Below are positions 30,633-44,379 of a DNA stretch of 64,000 nt, piece by piece; the first letter of the stretch is position 1; each line of letters opens with the position of its first letter. Under the pieces are notes generated by a model. It was not told where the DNA came from. It worked only from the letters and a program-made list of their open reading frames with translations, and did no database searches. The translations under genes and the position numbers were made by a program. The DNA is from Luminiphilus sp. Its GTDB lineage: Bacteria; Pseudomonadota; Gammaproteobacteria; Pseudomonadales; Halieaceae. The DNA is taken from the NCBI GenBank assembly GCA_965662305.1, contig CBFIHK010000001.1, positions 15,377 to 79,376 on the forward strand, given 5' to 3'.

Positions 30633-30998
30633 TCACCAGAAGGCGCGACCAACGTGACGCTACTGTGCGGCGTCAGGTGTGTAGAAACGGGTGTGCGGAC
30701 GCGTGCGTAGAGTAGCTGCGCAGAGCAAGAGGAATGTTTCGCGCACAAACGAGCAGAGGGTGAGCAATGCGACAAAGCTTTTTTAGGTGCGGCGCCGTCT
30801 AACTAAGCCCACTCGGCGCTAAGCATCCTCAGCGTAACAAGCGACCAAGTAGCGCAATCGCTGTGCTCAGTCACGACAAGGTTTGGTTTTGGGGCGCGAT
30901 TCGCGCCCTTAAGAATGAAGGTTAGGACAGCTATTACTTCCGGGGTGCTGCCCCTGTTTGTCAGTGCGCCTGTTTACGGTCTGTCAATCACGAATGTT

Positions 30999-32558
30999 TC
31001 AATGCACATCTCGCATCACGCGCCGAACAAGCGGCGATACCGCAAGGACCCCGACACCCACACCGACCCCATAGAGCAAAAGTTCACTAAATAGGGCGGT
31101 AAAACCGTCTAGGCCTAATCGTCCGTCACCCGTGCCGTCAATGCTGGAGAAGAAGATGGCGAGTTCAGAAGCGAGGTAAGACCCGTAGGCACTCGCCAAG
31201 AACCACGCGCCCATCATGACGCCCACATAGCGGGCAATGGACAGTTTGGTAACTGCCGACAGACCAATCGGACTCAAGCAAAGTTCAGCAGACGTATGGA
31301 GGAAGTAGGCCAATACCAACCACCAGGCGGAAACGAGTCCCGCAGAGTCTGGGTTGTTTAAGCCAATGAGTAAGGCACCAAATCCGAGGCCCACCTGAAC
31401 GATCCCGAAACCAAATTTAGCGGGTGTTGATGGCTCAATGTTATTTGATAACAGGGCTGGCCACATGAGTGCGAAAAGCGGTGACAGCAAAATAATAAAA
31501 ATAGCGTTAGCCGAACCAAACTGTGCCGCAGTAAGTTTTGCGCCAAAAAGCGTTAGGTCGGTCGCGCGATCGGCGAACAAGGTCATCGAGCCCCCAGACT
31601 GCTCGAACATCGACCAAAAGACAGTGCTTGTGACGATGAGAAAGAACAAGGCGCTCATCTTGCCACGTTCTTCTGGGGTGCATTGTGTGGCGAGTAACCA
31701 TACGAACCAGACGAGGAATAGTGCGGCTACCACTGGCAGCATGAGACCCACGCCGCCCTTACTTTGGAGTACGACCCAGACGACCAGAACAGACAAAAGA
31801 CTGTAGAGGGCGATTGCACGTTCCACGTTGAGGAGACCCATTGTCGCAGGGGCGGGTTGCTTAAGGATCTCTGGGTTACATGGATCACCATGCCCCTCTA
31901 GCCAATCTTGCCCTAAAGAAAAAATGATCAAACCAATTAGCATGCCAATGCCTGCGGCGCCAAAGCCATAGGCCCATCCGTAGGCACTTGCTAACCAACC
32001 GCAGAGAAGTGAAGCGCTCGCAGCGCCAATATTGATTCCCATATAAAAGATCGTGAATCCACCATCACGGCGAGGATCATTTTCACCATACAGCCGGCCA
32101 ACAACCGTTGAAATATTGGGTTTCAGGAGACCGACGCCGACTACAATTAGCGCAAGGGCAAAGTAGAAAACGTTGATGGCTTGCTCGTCGCGAACAACTT
32201 CGCCGGCGACGCCCTCGGTTGCAGGTACTCCCTCGAAAGCCATCGCGCAGTGCCCGAGGACGAGTAAGATTCCACCTAATTTTACCGCTTTGGTTTGGCC
32301 TAAGTAGCGGTCCGAGACGATGCCACCCAATAGCGGCATGGCGTAAACCAGTGCTGCATAAGCGCCGAGAATTCTTAGGGCTTCCCCATCTGTGAATAAA
32401 TGGTGTTGTACAAGGAAGAGAACGAGCAGGTATTTCATTCCATAGAACGAAAAGCGCTCCCACATTTCCGTGGCAAAGCATACAAAGAGGCCGCGCGGGT
32501 GGCCGAACCACTCGGGGCTTGTAGGTAGCGTCTGTGACGTCATGGTATTCCCTATCAT
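30999..32558 (-). CDS. proton-dependent oligopeptide transporter (POT/PTR family)
   Basis: GHPRGL..FATEMWERFSFYGM (ExxER), KPNISTVVG, FYMGINIG, ELCLSPIGLS. Confidence 0.93.
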   Translation of the reverse strand: MIGNTMTSQTLPTSPEWFGHPRGLFVCFATEMWERFSFYGMKYLLVLFLVQHHLFTDGEALRILGAYAALVYAMPLLGGIVSDRYLGQTKAVKLGGILLVLGHCAMAFEGVPATEGVAGEVVRDEQAINVFYFALALIVVGVGLLKPNISTVVGRLYGENDPRRDGGFTIFYMGINIGAASASLLCGWLASAYGWAYGFGAAGIGMLIGLIIFSLGQDWLEGHGDPCNPEILKQPAPATMGLLNVERAIALYSLLSVLVVWVVLQSKGGVGLMLPVVAALFLVWFVWLLATQCTPEERGKMSALFFLIVTSTVFWSMFEQSGGSMTLFADRATDLTLFGAKLTAAQFGSANAIFIILLSPLFALMWPALLSNNIEPSTPAKFGFGIVQVGLGFGALLIGLNNPDSAGLVSAWWLVLAYFLHTSAELCLSPIGLSAVTKLSIARYVGVMMGAWFLASAYGSYLASELAIFFSSIDGTGDGRLGLDGFTALFSELLLYGVGVGVGVLAVSPLVRRVMRDVH

Positions 32559-32634
32559 TTGTTATTTGTGAGCCTGTACCGCTCAGCTTTTCTTGTTCTG
32601 CCGCTGCACACTCAGAATCAAACGAGCAAAGAGA

Positions 32635-33621
32635 TTAAGCAGCGAGTGGTGCGGTTGCGCCCAGAATCGCAACACGCATATCATCAGGATCGCGGATTCG
32701 TTTCACTTGTGCAAATAGCGCTGCAGCCTGCGGATAGCAATATTGGAGATAGACTAGCCATTGCTTCAGTGGATTGATCGCGTACTTGCGCTGGTATAGC
32801 TCGCCATTGGCCTCGAAAAAGTAAATGAGTAGCTCCACAACCTCGGGCCAGCTCATTGGTTCTAATCGTTGTCCCTCGCAGTGCGCCTTGATCGCTCGTG
32901 CTAGGTCGGGTCGACAGAGTGCGCCACGAGCCAGCATGAATGCGTCGCAACCGCTTTGGGCCCGACAAGCGAATAGGTCGCTCGGGGTCCAAATTTCGCC
33001 ATTGGCGATGATCGGGGTTGGATCGGAATTGACGATGTCGCGGAGTCGGTGCCAATGCGCAGGCGGTCTGTAGGCTTGAGATTTGGTTCTTGCATGAACG
33101 GTTAACTCGTTGATGCCACTCTTTAGCGCTTGCGCAGCAATCTCTTCAAAGTTTGCATCGGAGTCAAAACCCAAGCGTATTTTTGCTGTGACCGGAATCG
33201 AATGAGGTGTCGCATCCCTAACTGCGGCGCAAATCTCATATACCGCCTGGGGTGTCTTCAGTAGTGTGGCGCCGCCGCGCGATTTATTGACCGTCTTCGC
33301 CGGGCACCCAAAGTTGAGATCAATCCCAGGCGCGCCGAGCTTGGTGACAACCTTGGCATTTGATGCCATCAATGCAGGATCTGAACCCAGCAATTGAACG
33401 TAAACGGGAGTACCGGCAGGCGTTCTGCCGCCTTCTTTTAGCTCAGGACACAGTCGATAAAAAACTTTGGGTGGGAGTACCGTACTGGAAACACGAACAA
33501 ATTCAGTGACACAGCGCTCGTAACCGCCGATACGGGTCAGCATGTCTCGCATGACAGATTCCAGGACGCCTTCCATAGGCGCCAACAGAATCCGTGGGCT
33601 ATCGATAGCTAATTTGCTCAT
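32635..33621 (-). CDS. dusC: tRNA-dihydrouridine synthase, DusC-like
   Basis: LAPMEG, TEFVRV, IDLNFGCPAKTV, KIRLG, HARTK..YRPPAHW, NGEI. Confidence 0.85.
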   Translation of the reverse strand: MSKLAIDSPRILLAPMEGVLESVMRDMLTRIGGYERCVTEFVRVSSTVLPPKVFYRLCPELKEGGRTPAGTPVYVQLLGSDPALMASNAKVVTKLGAPGIDLNFGCPAKTVNKSRGGATLLKTPQAVYEICAAVRDATPHSIPVTAKIRLGFDSDANFEEIAAQALKSGINELTVHARTKSQAYRPPAHWHRLRDIVNSDPTPIIANGEIWTPSDLFACRAQSGCDAFMLARGALCRPDLARAIKAHCEGQRLEPMSWPEVVELLIYFFEANGELYQRKYAINPLKQWLVYLQYCYPQAAALFAQVKRIRDPDDMRVAILGATAPLAA

Positions 33622-33737
33622 AAGTTCCGTAAAAGTTGGGTAACTCGTAGCGTAAATCTTACAGATGACGCGATCGTTCTACGTTTGTAGACTGTGGTCC
33701 GTCGTAATAATAGCCGTTAGTAACAGGGCAAGTCACA

Positions 33738-34688
33738 ATGAATCCTAATTATCTGGATTTCGAGCAGCCGATCGCCGAGCTCGAGATGAAAATCGAAGAG
33801 CTTAAATCTGTCGTTGATGACTCAGAAATCAACATCAGTGATGAGATTGACCGACTCAAGTCGAAGAGTCACAAGCTTACTCAGTCAATTTATCGAGATC
33901 TCAGCCCGTGGGATATTGTTAGGGTTGCGCGGCATCCGTTGCGACCTTACTCGTTAGATTATATTCCTCTGGTCTTTGATGATTTTGATGAGCTTCATGG
34001 TGATCGACACTTCGGTGACGACAAGGCTATCGTTGGCGGAGTTGCTCGTCTTAACGGTCGCCCCGTTATGGTGATTGGCCAGGAAAAGGGTAGAGCGGTA
34101 AAAGACAAAGTTCATCGGAACTTTGGCATGCCGAAACCTGAGGGGTATCGCAAAGCGCTGAGACTTATGGAAATGGCTGAGCGTTTTAAAATGCCAGTTG
34201 TCACACTTATCGACACCCCCGGAGCCTATCCAGGTATTGACTCTGAGGAGCGTGGTATTTCAGAGGCCATCGCTCAGAATCTTGCGGTCATGTCACGACT
34301 TCGAACACCTATTGTCTGTATTGTTATCGGCGAGGGATCGTCAGGCGGCGCCTTGGGTATTGGTGTTGGTGATCATTTGGCCATGCTTCAGTACTCGACC
34401 TATTTCGTTATCTCACCAGAGGGATGCGCCAATATTATCTGGAAGAGTAGCGAGTTTGCTCCGCAGGCAGCAGAAGCCATGGGTGTGACATCATCAACGC
34501 TCCAGGAGCTTGGGATTGTCGATACAACGATCGAGGAGCCGATGGGTGGCGCTCATCGCGATGTCGATGAAATGGCCCAGCGAATCAAAGATCACATCGC
34601 CGCACAGCTAGACGTGCTGTGCAACACGGATACGGACAAACTCGTGGAGGCTCGCTACCAGCGGTTGATGGCCTACGGTAGCCATTAA
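33738..34688 (+). CDS. accA: acetyl-CoA carboxylase carboxyltransferase alpha subunit
   Basis: [43 protein letters not shown]. Confidence 0.97.
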   Translation: MNPNYLDFEQPIAELEMKIEELKSVVDDSEINISDEIDRLKSKSHKLTQSIYRDLSPWDIVRVARHPLRPYSLDYIPLVFDDFDELHGDRHFGDDKAIVGGVARLNGRPVMVIGQEKGRAVKDKVHRNFGMPKPEGYRKALRLMEMAERFKMPVVTLIDTPGAYPGIDSEERGISEAIAQNLAVMSRLRTPIVCIVIGEGSSGGALGIGVGDHLAMLQYSTYFVISPEGCANIIWKSSEFAPQAAEAMGVTSSTLQELGIVDTTIEEPMGGAHRDVDEMAQRIKDHIAAQLDVLCNTDTDKLVEARYQRLMAYGSH

Positions 34689-34692
34689 ACCC

Positions 34693-35991
34693 ATGGCATC
34701 GCCGTTGCTCGATGCCTTACGAGAGCACACGGCGGCGCTGTGCGAAGCTGATCATATCTACGTCGGTTTCTCAGGCGGGAAAGACAGCCACTCGCTACTT
34801 CATGCACTCCAAGACTTTGGAAAACATTACGCGCTACCGCCCGTGACCGCCATTCATGTAAATCATGGACTACACCCCGACGCTGGAGTATGGGAGGAAC
34901 ACTGCAGATCTGTGGCTTCAGGTCTTGAGATAGAGATTGCCGTGGAGTCCGTGGTCGTTGGTAGCGACGCTTCTCTGGAAGCACAGGCGAGAGACGCGCG
35001 CTACAGCGTGTTCGAGCGCTATCTCTCGGAAAATAGACTACTACTGCTCGCCCATCACTTAGATGATCAAGTTGAAACGCTCTTGTTTCGGCTGATTCGT
35101 GGTGCAGGACCCAATGGTCTGAGCGGTATGCCTCAATCACGTTCGTTGGGTGCAGGTAAGCTCTTGAGACCATTTCTCTCTGTTGCTCGTTCAGACATAG
35201 AACACTACGCCTCCCAATTTTCACTTCAGATCGTCAATGACCCCAGTAATCAAGATACGTCGCTCGATCGAAACTTTTTGCGGCATAAGGTTTTACCCTT
35301 GATTGAGTCGCGTTGGCCCGGCTACCGGCAGGGATTCTCGCGCACGGGCGAGATCATGACGGCAATAGCTGAGGAGGCGCCAGACCCCTGGTATCAATGT
35401 TCTTATGGCGGCCCGAGTCTCGATTTAGGTGATCTGGACGTAGAGTCAGTGCATGCCGCCGTTCATGCAAAGCTGAGCATGTTGGGCTTTCCATTGCCTT
35501 CATACGATGCGCTTAAAGAATTTTCACGACAAAGTACGTCTGCAGGGGCGGACAGAACCCCTAGTTTATCGATGAATAGCTACGCTGTTGTATGTTGGCG
35601 CTCTCGACTTCAGCTTATCCCTGTTCCTTTGCCGCCCTGTGAGTTGGAGGAGGTCACGGTGGGCGAATCAATCAGTCGAGAATGGGGGACCTTAAATTGG
35701 GTTCCACAAGATCACGGTTTGCCGGTTGGGGCGCCTGTAACTCTTAGGCAAGTTGCAGCGGGCGACAAAGTTCGATTTGTCGGTAGGTCTAGACGGCCTG
35801 TTCGTCATTGTTTGCAGGAGGCAGGGATAGCGCCTTATTGGCGGTCCAGCATACCTATGGTTTGCGCTGAGGGTACGATCATGGCAGTGCCGGGATTGGG
35901 GTGTACGGACCAAGCTGCGCGTATTTTCAACAAGAATTCAGAGGCATTAGTGCCAGTCTGGCAAGCCCCAAAAATCCGCATTGGAAATTGA
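34693..35991 (+). CDS. tilS: tRNA(Ile)-lysidine synthetase
   Basis: PP-loop SGGKDS, HVNHGL, EAQARDARY, AHHLDDQVET, DPSN..RNFLR; accA-tilS-pyrG synteny. Confidence 0.93.
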   Translation: MASPLLDALREHTAALCEADHIYVGFSGGKDSHSLLHALQDFGKHYALPPVTAIHVNHGLHPDAGVWEEHCRSVASGLEIEIAVESVVVGSDASLEAQARDARYSVFERYLSENRLLLLAHHLDDQVETLLFRLIRGAGPNGLSGMPQSRSLGAGKLLRPFLSVARSDIEHYASQFSLQIVNDPSNQDTSLDRNFLRHKVLPLIESRWPGYRQGFSRTGEIMTAIAEEAPDPWYQCSYGGPSLDLGDLDVESVHAAVHAKLSMLGFPLPSYDALKEFSRQSTSAGADRTPSLSMNSYAVVCWRSRLQLIPVPLPPCELEEVTVGESISREWGTLNWVPQDHGLPVGAPVTLRQVAAGDKVRFVGRSRRPVRHCLQEAGIAPYWRSSIPMVCAEGTIMAVPGLGCTDQAARIFNKNSEALVPVWQAPKIRIGN

Positions 35992-36013
35992 GCCCCGGAG
36001 CACTCTTTGGTAA

Positions 36014-38568
<2,555 letters not shown>

Positions 38569-38586
38569 CATTAGTTGGAGTAATGA

Positions 38587-39879
<1,293 letters not shown>

Positions 39880-40176
39880 GTGCAGCGACCCCTGCTGCTG
39901 GCGCTACTGGGTCTGTTAGTGCTGCTTCAGTACAGGCTATGGTTAGGGGAGGGTGGTATCACCGAACGTCGCTCACTTGAGTCTCAAGTGGTCAGTGACA
40001 GCGAGGAAAACCTGCGCCTAAAAGACAGAAACGAGGCAATAGCAAATCGTGTGGTTGAGTTGCAGGAAGGCGAAGAAATGCTGGAAGCTGTAGCGAGAGA
40101 GGATTTGGGTCTGGTGCGGGAGGGTGAGGAGTTCATCCTCTTTGTTGATGACAATAATGAGGGAAAGTCGCCGTGA
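39880..40176 (+). CDS. ftsB: cell division protein FtsB
   Basis: TM segment, LQYRLWLGEGG, coiled coil, AREDLGLVREGE; eno-ftsB-ispD synteny. Confidence 0.9.
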   Translation: MQRPLLLALLGLLVLLQYRLWLGEGGITERRSLESQVVSDSEENLRLKDRNEAIANRVVELQEGEEMLEAVAREDLGLVREGEEFILFVDDNNEGKSP

Positions 40177-40880
40177 GTAGTATTTGGGCGGTGGTGCCGG
40201 CGGCAGGGAGTGGTCGTCGCATGGCAGCTGAGGTGCCAAAGCAGTATCTCAAGCTTAACGGCTTACCGATTCTTGAACACACGCTGCGGGCGCTGCTGGC
40301 CTGTCCCGATATTCGTGGCGTCTTCGTTGTACTTGATCCGGCGGATCGTCGCGCCGATACCATTCCAAGTCTCTCTGATCCTCGTGTCTCGACAGCGTTA
40401 GGCGGCGCGGAGCGTGCAGATTCCGTGCTCTCAGGTTTGCAGGCAATTGCTGGGCAAGCAAGTGATCAGGACTGGGTGTTGGTGCATGACGCAGCTCGGC
40501 CCTGCCTCTCCGTTAGTTCATTGCACTCGCTTATTACATCATGCCTTACTGAGGGAGTGGGCGCGGTAATGGCGCAAGCCTCGGTAGATACACTCAAACG
40601 CATCTCTGATGACAATAGGATTACTGAAACAATTGATCGAAGCGTGATCTGGCGCGCGCAAACACCGCAGATGTTCAGATTGGGAGAATTGCAGTCTGCG
40701 CTTTCAGAGGCGTTGGCGGCCGGTACTGCAATCACTGACGAGTCAATGGCGATGGAACTCGCTGGCTACCCGGTTTCGATTCTTGAAGGACCTGCAACAA
40801 ATATTAAGGTAACGCTGCCCACTGATCTCGAGTTTGCGGAGATTATTCTTCGTCGGTTGAGTGAGGAGTCAATTGTATGA
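40173..40880 (+). CDS. ispD: MEP cytidylyltransferase
   Basis: [35 protein letters not shown]. Confidence 0.96.
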   Translation: MSSIWAVVPAAGSGRRMAAEVPKQYLKLNGLPILEHTLRALLACPDIRGVFVVLDPADRRADTIPSLSDPRVSTALGGAERADSVLSGLQAIAGQASDQDWVLVHDAARPCLSVSSLHSLITSCLTEGVGAVMAQASVDTLKRISDDNRITETIDRSVIWRAQTPQMFRLGELQSALSEALAAGTAITDESMAMELAGYPVSILEGPATNIKVTLPTDLEFAEIILRRLSEESIV

Positions 40881-41371
40881 CTGGACGTATGAGAATTGGT
40901 CATGGCTATGACGTTCACGCCTTTGGCGAGGGCGAGTTTATTGTCCTCGGTGGTGAAACCATTGCGCATGATTATGGCCTCGTTGCACATTCGGATGGTG
41001 ATGTGGTGTTGCATGCGCTCAGCGACGCGATTCTCGGTGCCTTGGGTCTTGGTGATATTGGGCGACATTTTCCTGACAACGACCCGGCCTTAAAGGGCGT
41101 CGATAGTCGAGTTTTGCTGAGAAAAGTCGTCCACCATATGCGCGATCAAGGGTTTGAGATTGGTAATGTTGATATCACTATCGTCGCTCAGCGCCCTAAG
41201 CTTGCGGATTACGTTGAAATGATGCGAAGTAATATTGCGGAGGATCTCCAAACGGCGCCGTCAAGTTGCAACGTTAAGGCGACAACAACTGAAAAGTTGG
41301 GGTTTGCGGGACGCGAGGAGGGCATTGCAGTTCATGCAGTGGCGCTTCTTTGTGAGATGGCGGGAACGTGA
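40877..41371 (+). CDS. ispF: MEcPP synthase
   Basis: [34 protein letters not shown]. Confidence 0.97.
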   Translation: MTGRMRIGHGYDVHAFGEGEFIVLGGETIAHDYGLVAHSDGDVVLHALSDAILGALGLGDIGRHFPDNDPALKGVDSRVLLRKVVHHMRDQGFEIGNVDITIVAQRPKLADYVEMMRSNIAEDLQTAPSSCNVKATTTEKLGFAGREEGIAVHAVALLCEMAGT

Positions 41372-42024
41372 CCGATCTTCGTGGCATTGGTATGACCTCG
41401 CAACGAACGCGAATGCGGTTGCTTGATCGCCTGAAGACACAAGGTATTACAAATCAGACAGTACTCGATGCGATAGGCGAAGTACCGCGGCATCTCTTTG
41501 TCGATGAGGCCCTAGCTCATCGTGCCTACGAAGATACGGCTCTACCAATAGGCTTTAATCAGACGCTGAGTCAACCGTACATCGTTGCGAGAATGACCGA
41601 GTTGGCTCTGCAGACAGGTAAACTGGGCAAAGTACTTGAATTGGGTACGGGCTCTGGCTACCAGAGCGCCGTTCTTGCTCGCCTTGCGTCCGAGGTTTAT
41701 TCCATCGAGCGAATCAAGCCTCTGTTAAACAAGGCCCGTCAGAGGCTCAGGACACTCAAGGCAAGAAATGTGCGCTGTAAACATGGAGATGGCTTTGAGG
41801 GGTGGGACGAATTTGCCCCGTTTGACGTCATTCTGGGCGCTGCGGCTCCAGAGAAAGTCCCGGAAAACCTTCTGAGCCAGTTGGCACCGGGCGGTATTCT
41901 CCTGTTACCGGTTGGAGGGAGTTCACAAAAATTAATTCAGGTTGCCGCGACCCCCGAAGGTTTCGAGGAGACCGTCATCGAGGACGTCTTTTTTGTTCCC
42001 ATGCTCGAGGGTGTTCAGACATGA
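41368..42024 (+). CDS. pcm: protein-L-isoaspartate O-methyltransferase
   Basis: [46 protein letters not shown]. Confidence 0.96.
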   Translation: MTDLRGIGMTSQRTRMRLLDRLKTQGITNQTVLDAIGEVPRHLFVDEALAHRAYEDTALPIGFNQTLSQPYIVARMTELALQTGKLGKVLELGTGSGYQSAVLARLASEVYSIERIKPLLNKARQRLRTLKARNVRCKHGDGFEGWDEFAPFDVILGAAAPEKVPENLLSQLAPGGILLLPVGGSSQKLIQVAATPEGFEETVIEDVFFVPMLEGVQT

Positions 42025-42950
42025 ACCTACCCTGGCTTGGTATCTATTTACGAGGCATTGCGATGGGAGCTGCAGACCTTGTTCCGGGGGTCTCGGGAGG
42101 CACCATCGCACTCATCACCGGCATCTACACGCGACTAATTTCAGCAATCGCAAATGTTGGTCCTGGTGTCATGAAGTTGCTCTTGCGCGGAAGAGTCTTG
42201 GAGGCCTGGAAGGCTGTTGACGGTCAGTTTCTTCTGGCTCTGGCTGCCGGTATTGCAACGGCGGTGGCGAGTTTAGCAACGATTTTGGATTGGTCGCTTA
42301 AACATTATCCATTACCCATCTGGTCCGCCTTTTCGGGGCTCGTTCTGGCAAGCGCAGTATCATTGATTATTGAGAATTACCGGCAGTGGTCGATTAGGGA
42401 ATGGTCGCTTTTTCTAATCGGTATTATCGTCGCTATGTTCGTGGGGTTAACCCAAGCTGTTCAGTTGCCTATTACTTCTTGGGGTATTTTCATCGCGGGC
42501 AGCGTGGCGGTTTGCGCGATGATATTGCCAGGGATATCGGGCAGTTTCTTACTTTTGTTAATGGGTATGTACCAACCTGTTATCAGTGCGATTGTCGAGT
42601 TTGAGGTATCGACGCTTGCGCTATTTGGCCTCGGCTGTGGTGCGGGGCTATTGGTATTCTCTCGATTGCTTCAGCGTCTTTTACTGGTGGCAGAGCAACC
42701 CACGATGGCTACGCTCTTCGGCTTTCTCGCGGGGTCATTAATCATCCTCTGGCCTTGGCAGGTTACAGTGACGAGTGTGCTTGATCGTCATGGCGAGATG
42801 CGTGCTGTGCAGACGCTTCCTGTCACTCCTGGGCACTACGCGGAGCAGGTGGCGGATCCTATGTTGCTGCTGAGCCTTTTGGGCTTCATTGTGGGCATCG
42901 TTGTGGTTCGACTGCTTGCCGTCTTGGCCCGTCGGCAGGACGGCTCCTAA
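42021..42950 (+). CDS. DUF368 membrane protein (undecaprenyl-phosphate translocase family)
   Basis: Two re-entrant motifs, MGAADLVPGVSGGTIA and AMILPGISGS; C-terminal WPW. Confidence 0.9.
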   Translation: MNLPWLGIYLRGIAMGAADLVPGVSGGTIALITGIYTRLISAIANVGPGVMKLLLRGRVLEAWKAVDGQFLLALAAGIATAVASLATILDWSLKHYPLPIWSAFSGLVLASAVSLIIENYRQWSIREWSLFLIGIIVAMFVGLTQAVQLPITSWGIFIAGSVAVCAMILPGISGSFLLLLMGMYQPVISAIVEFEVSTLALFGLGCGAGLLVFSRLLQRLLLVAEQPTMATLFGFLAGSLIILWPWQVTVTSVLDRHGEMRAVQTLPVTPGHYAEQVADPMLLLSLLGFIVGIVVVRLLAVLARRQDGS

Positions 42951-42964
42951 GGGATAGTGGCGCG

Positions 42965-43867
42965 ATGTGTTATCACAAGCACATATTCGTTGCGTTTCCC
43001 CTGTTTTTCTTGATCGCTTGCTCCGGCACAGCGCCGCGCGATTTAAAGCCGTGGGAAACGACGCCGCGCAACGCTTCGGCAAATGAAGCAAAAAGCGTCA
43101 CAGTGGGTAAGCCGGATTACGGACCTAAACTTTCTATTGGAAAACCTTACACGGTGAAACGTGGTGATACGCTCTATGCAATTGCGTTCCGCTTGGGCAT
43201 GGACTACCGCGAGCTTGCGGCACTTAACCGTATTTTAGAGCCTTTCACGATTAACGTCGGGCAAGTTCTTCAAACTTCGAAATCTCCCTCCGGACCATCG
43301 CGCATGGCCTCAAAGACATCGGACGCGAGGGGGGCGGCAAAGAGTGGTGCCACTCCGTCTAAAACCAAAGGCTCGTCTGCGACGTCAAAGGCGACCTCTG
43401 GAAAGGCAACAAAATCTACTAATCAAGTAACCAATGCAGCGAAGAAGGCTCAACCCCCAAAGCAAGTATCTTCTTCAAAGTCAGTTGCACCCAATCGTTC
43501 CGTATCTCGTTGGCAGTGGCCCTCCAAAGGTAAGGTGGTTAGAACCTTCGCGTCTAACGTGCACAAAGGTATCGATATCGCAGGCAGTCGGGGCGACCCG
43601 GTCACTGCAACAGCCGCAGGTAAGGTTGTTTATGCGGGTGCGGGCGTCACAGGTTACGGCTCGTTGATCATTGTGAAACACAACGATACCTATCTCAGTG
43701 CCTACGGACATAACGAGCGGTTGCTCGTATCAGAGGGGAGCGTGGTGAAGGCCGGGCAGCAACTTGCAACAATGGGTAGCAGCGGAACCAACTCCGTCAA
43801 ACTCCATTTTGAACTGCGTCGACTCGGTAAACCTGTCGATCCACTGACGCTGCTACCCAAGCGCTAG
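42965..43867 (+). CDS. nlpD: LysM + M23 lipoprotein NlpD
   Basis: Lipobox LIA-C, LysM (YTVKRGDTLYAIA), low-complexity linker, M23 domain (WQWP, KGIDIAG, SAYGHN, LHFELR). Confidence 0.92.
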   Translation: MCYHKHIFVAFPLFFLIACSGTAPRDLKPWETTPRNASANEAKSVTVGKPDYGPKLSIGKPYTVKRGDTLYAIAFRLGMDYRELAALNRILEPFTINVGQVLQTSKSPSGPSRMASKTSDARGAAKSGATPSKTKGSSATSKATSGKATKSTNQVTNAAKKAQPPKQVSSSKSVAPNRSVSRWQWPSKGKVVRTFASNVHKGIDIAGSRGDPVTATAAGKVVYAGAGVTGYGSLIIVKHNDTYLSAYGHNERLLVSEGSVVKAGQQLATMGSSGTNSVKLHFELRRLGKPVDPLTLLPKR

Positions 43868-43927
43868 TTCCCCTGCGCTCCATACCCGAATAGCTTTTTT
43901 GCCAAGTGGGGTGCACACGCGCAAGAA

Positions 43928-43957
43928 ATCCGGTGGCACTGAGGATGACCACCGGAT
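43928..43957. terminator. hairpin between convergent nlpD and fdxA
   Basis: 9-bp inverted repeat ATCCGGTGG...CCACCGGAT, followed by TTCTT on the minus strand. Confidence 0.5.
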
Positions 43958-43990
43958 GAATGATGTTATTCGAAGCGGCTAATGTGTGGC

Positions 43991-44314
43991 TTAACGCTCA
44001 AGCAGTGCGAGCTTCCCGGGTTTTCCTTCCCAGTCCGCTGCATCGGCAGGTGCGTCTTTTTTCTCAGTGATATTGGGCCAAATCTCCGCAAGCTCCGCGT
44101 TGAGCTCAAGGAAATTTTCTTGATCAGCAGGAAGCTCATCTTCCGAGAAGATCGCATCAATAGGACACTCGGGCTCGCAAAGCGCACAATCAATGCACTC
44201 ATCAGGATGTATTACAAGGAAGTTAGGGCCCTCGTAAAAGCAGTCTACCGGGCACACTTCTACACAGTCTGTGTGCTTACATTTAATGCAGTCTTCGCCA
44301 ACGACGAATGTCAT
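43991..44314 (-). CDS. fdxA: 7Fe ferredoxin (Azotobacter FdI type)
   Basis: [17 protein letters not shown] and [12 protein letters not shown]; located just downstream of mutS. Confidence 0.96.
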   Translation of the reverse strand: MTFVVGEDCIKCKHTDCVEVCPVDCFYEGPNFLVIHPDECIDCALCEPECPIDAIFSEDELPADQENFLELNAELAEIWPNITEKKDAPADAADWEGKPGKLALLER

Positions 44315-44379
44315 AGTACTCCCCCAATACCCGCTTTTTCAGTTATTTACTGCGGTGAGTGTCAAAATAATAAGTCGAT

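Noticed and set aside
43868-43990. RsmZ/CsrB-like sRNA at the position pseudomonads use (between rpoS and fdxA)
   Set aside because: Only one loop GGA and one stem GGA, not the multiple GGA hairpins expected. A terminator explains the hairpin.
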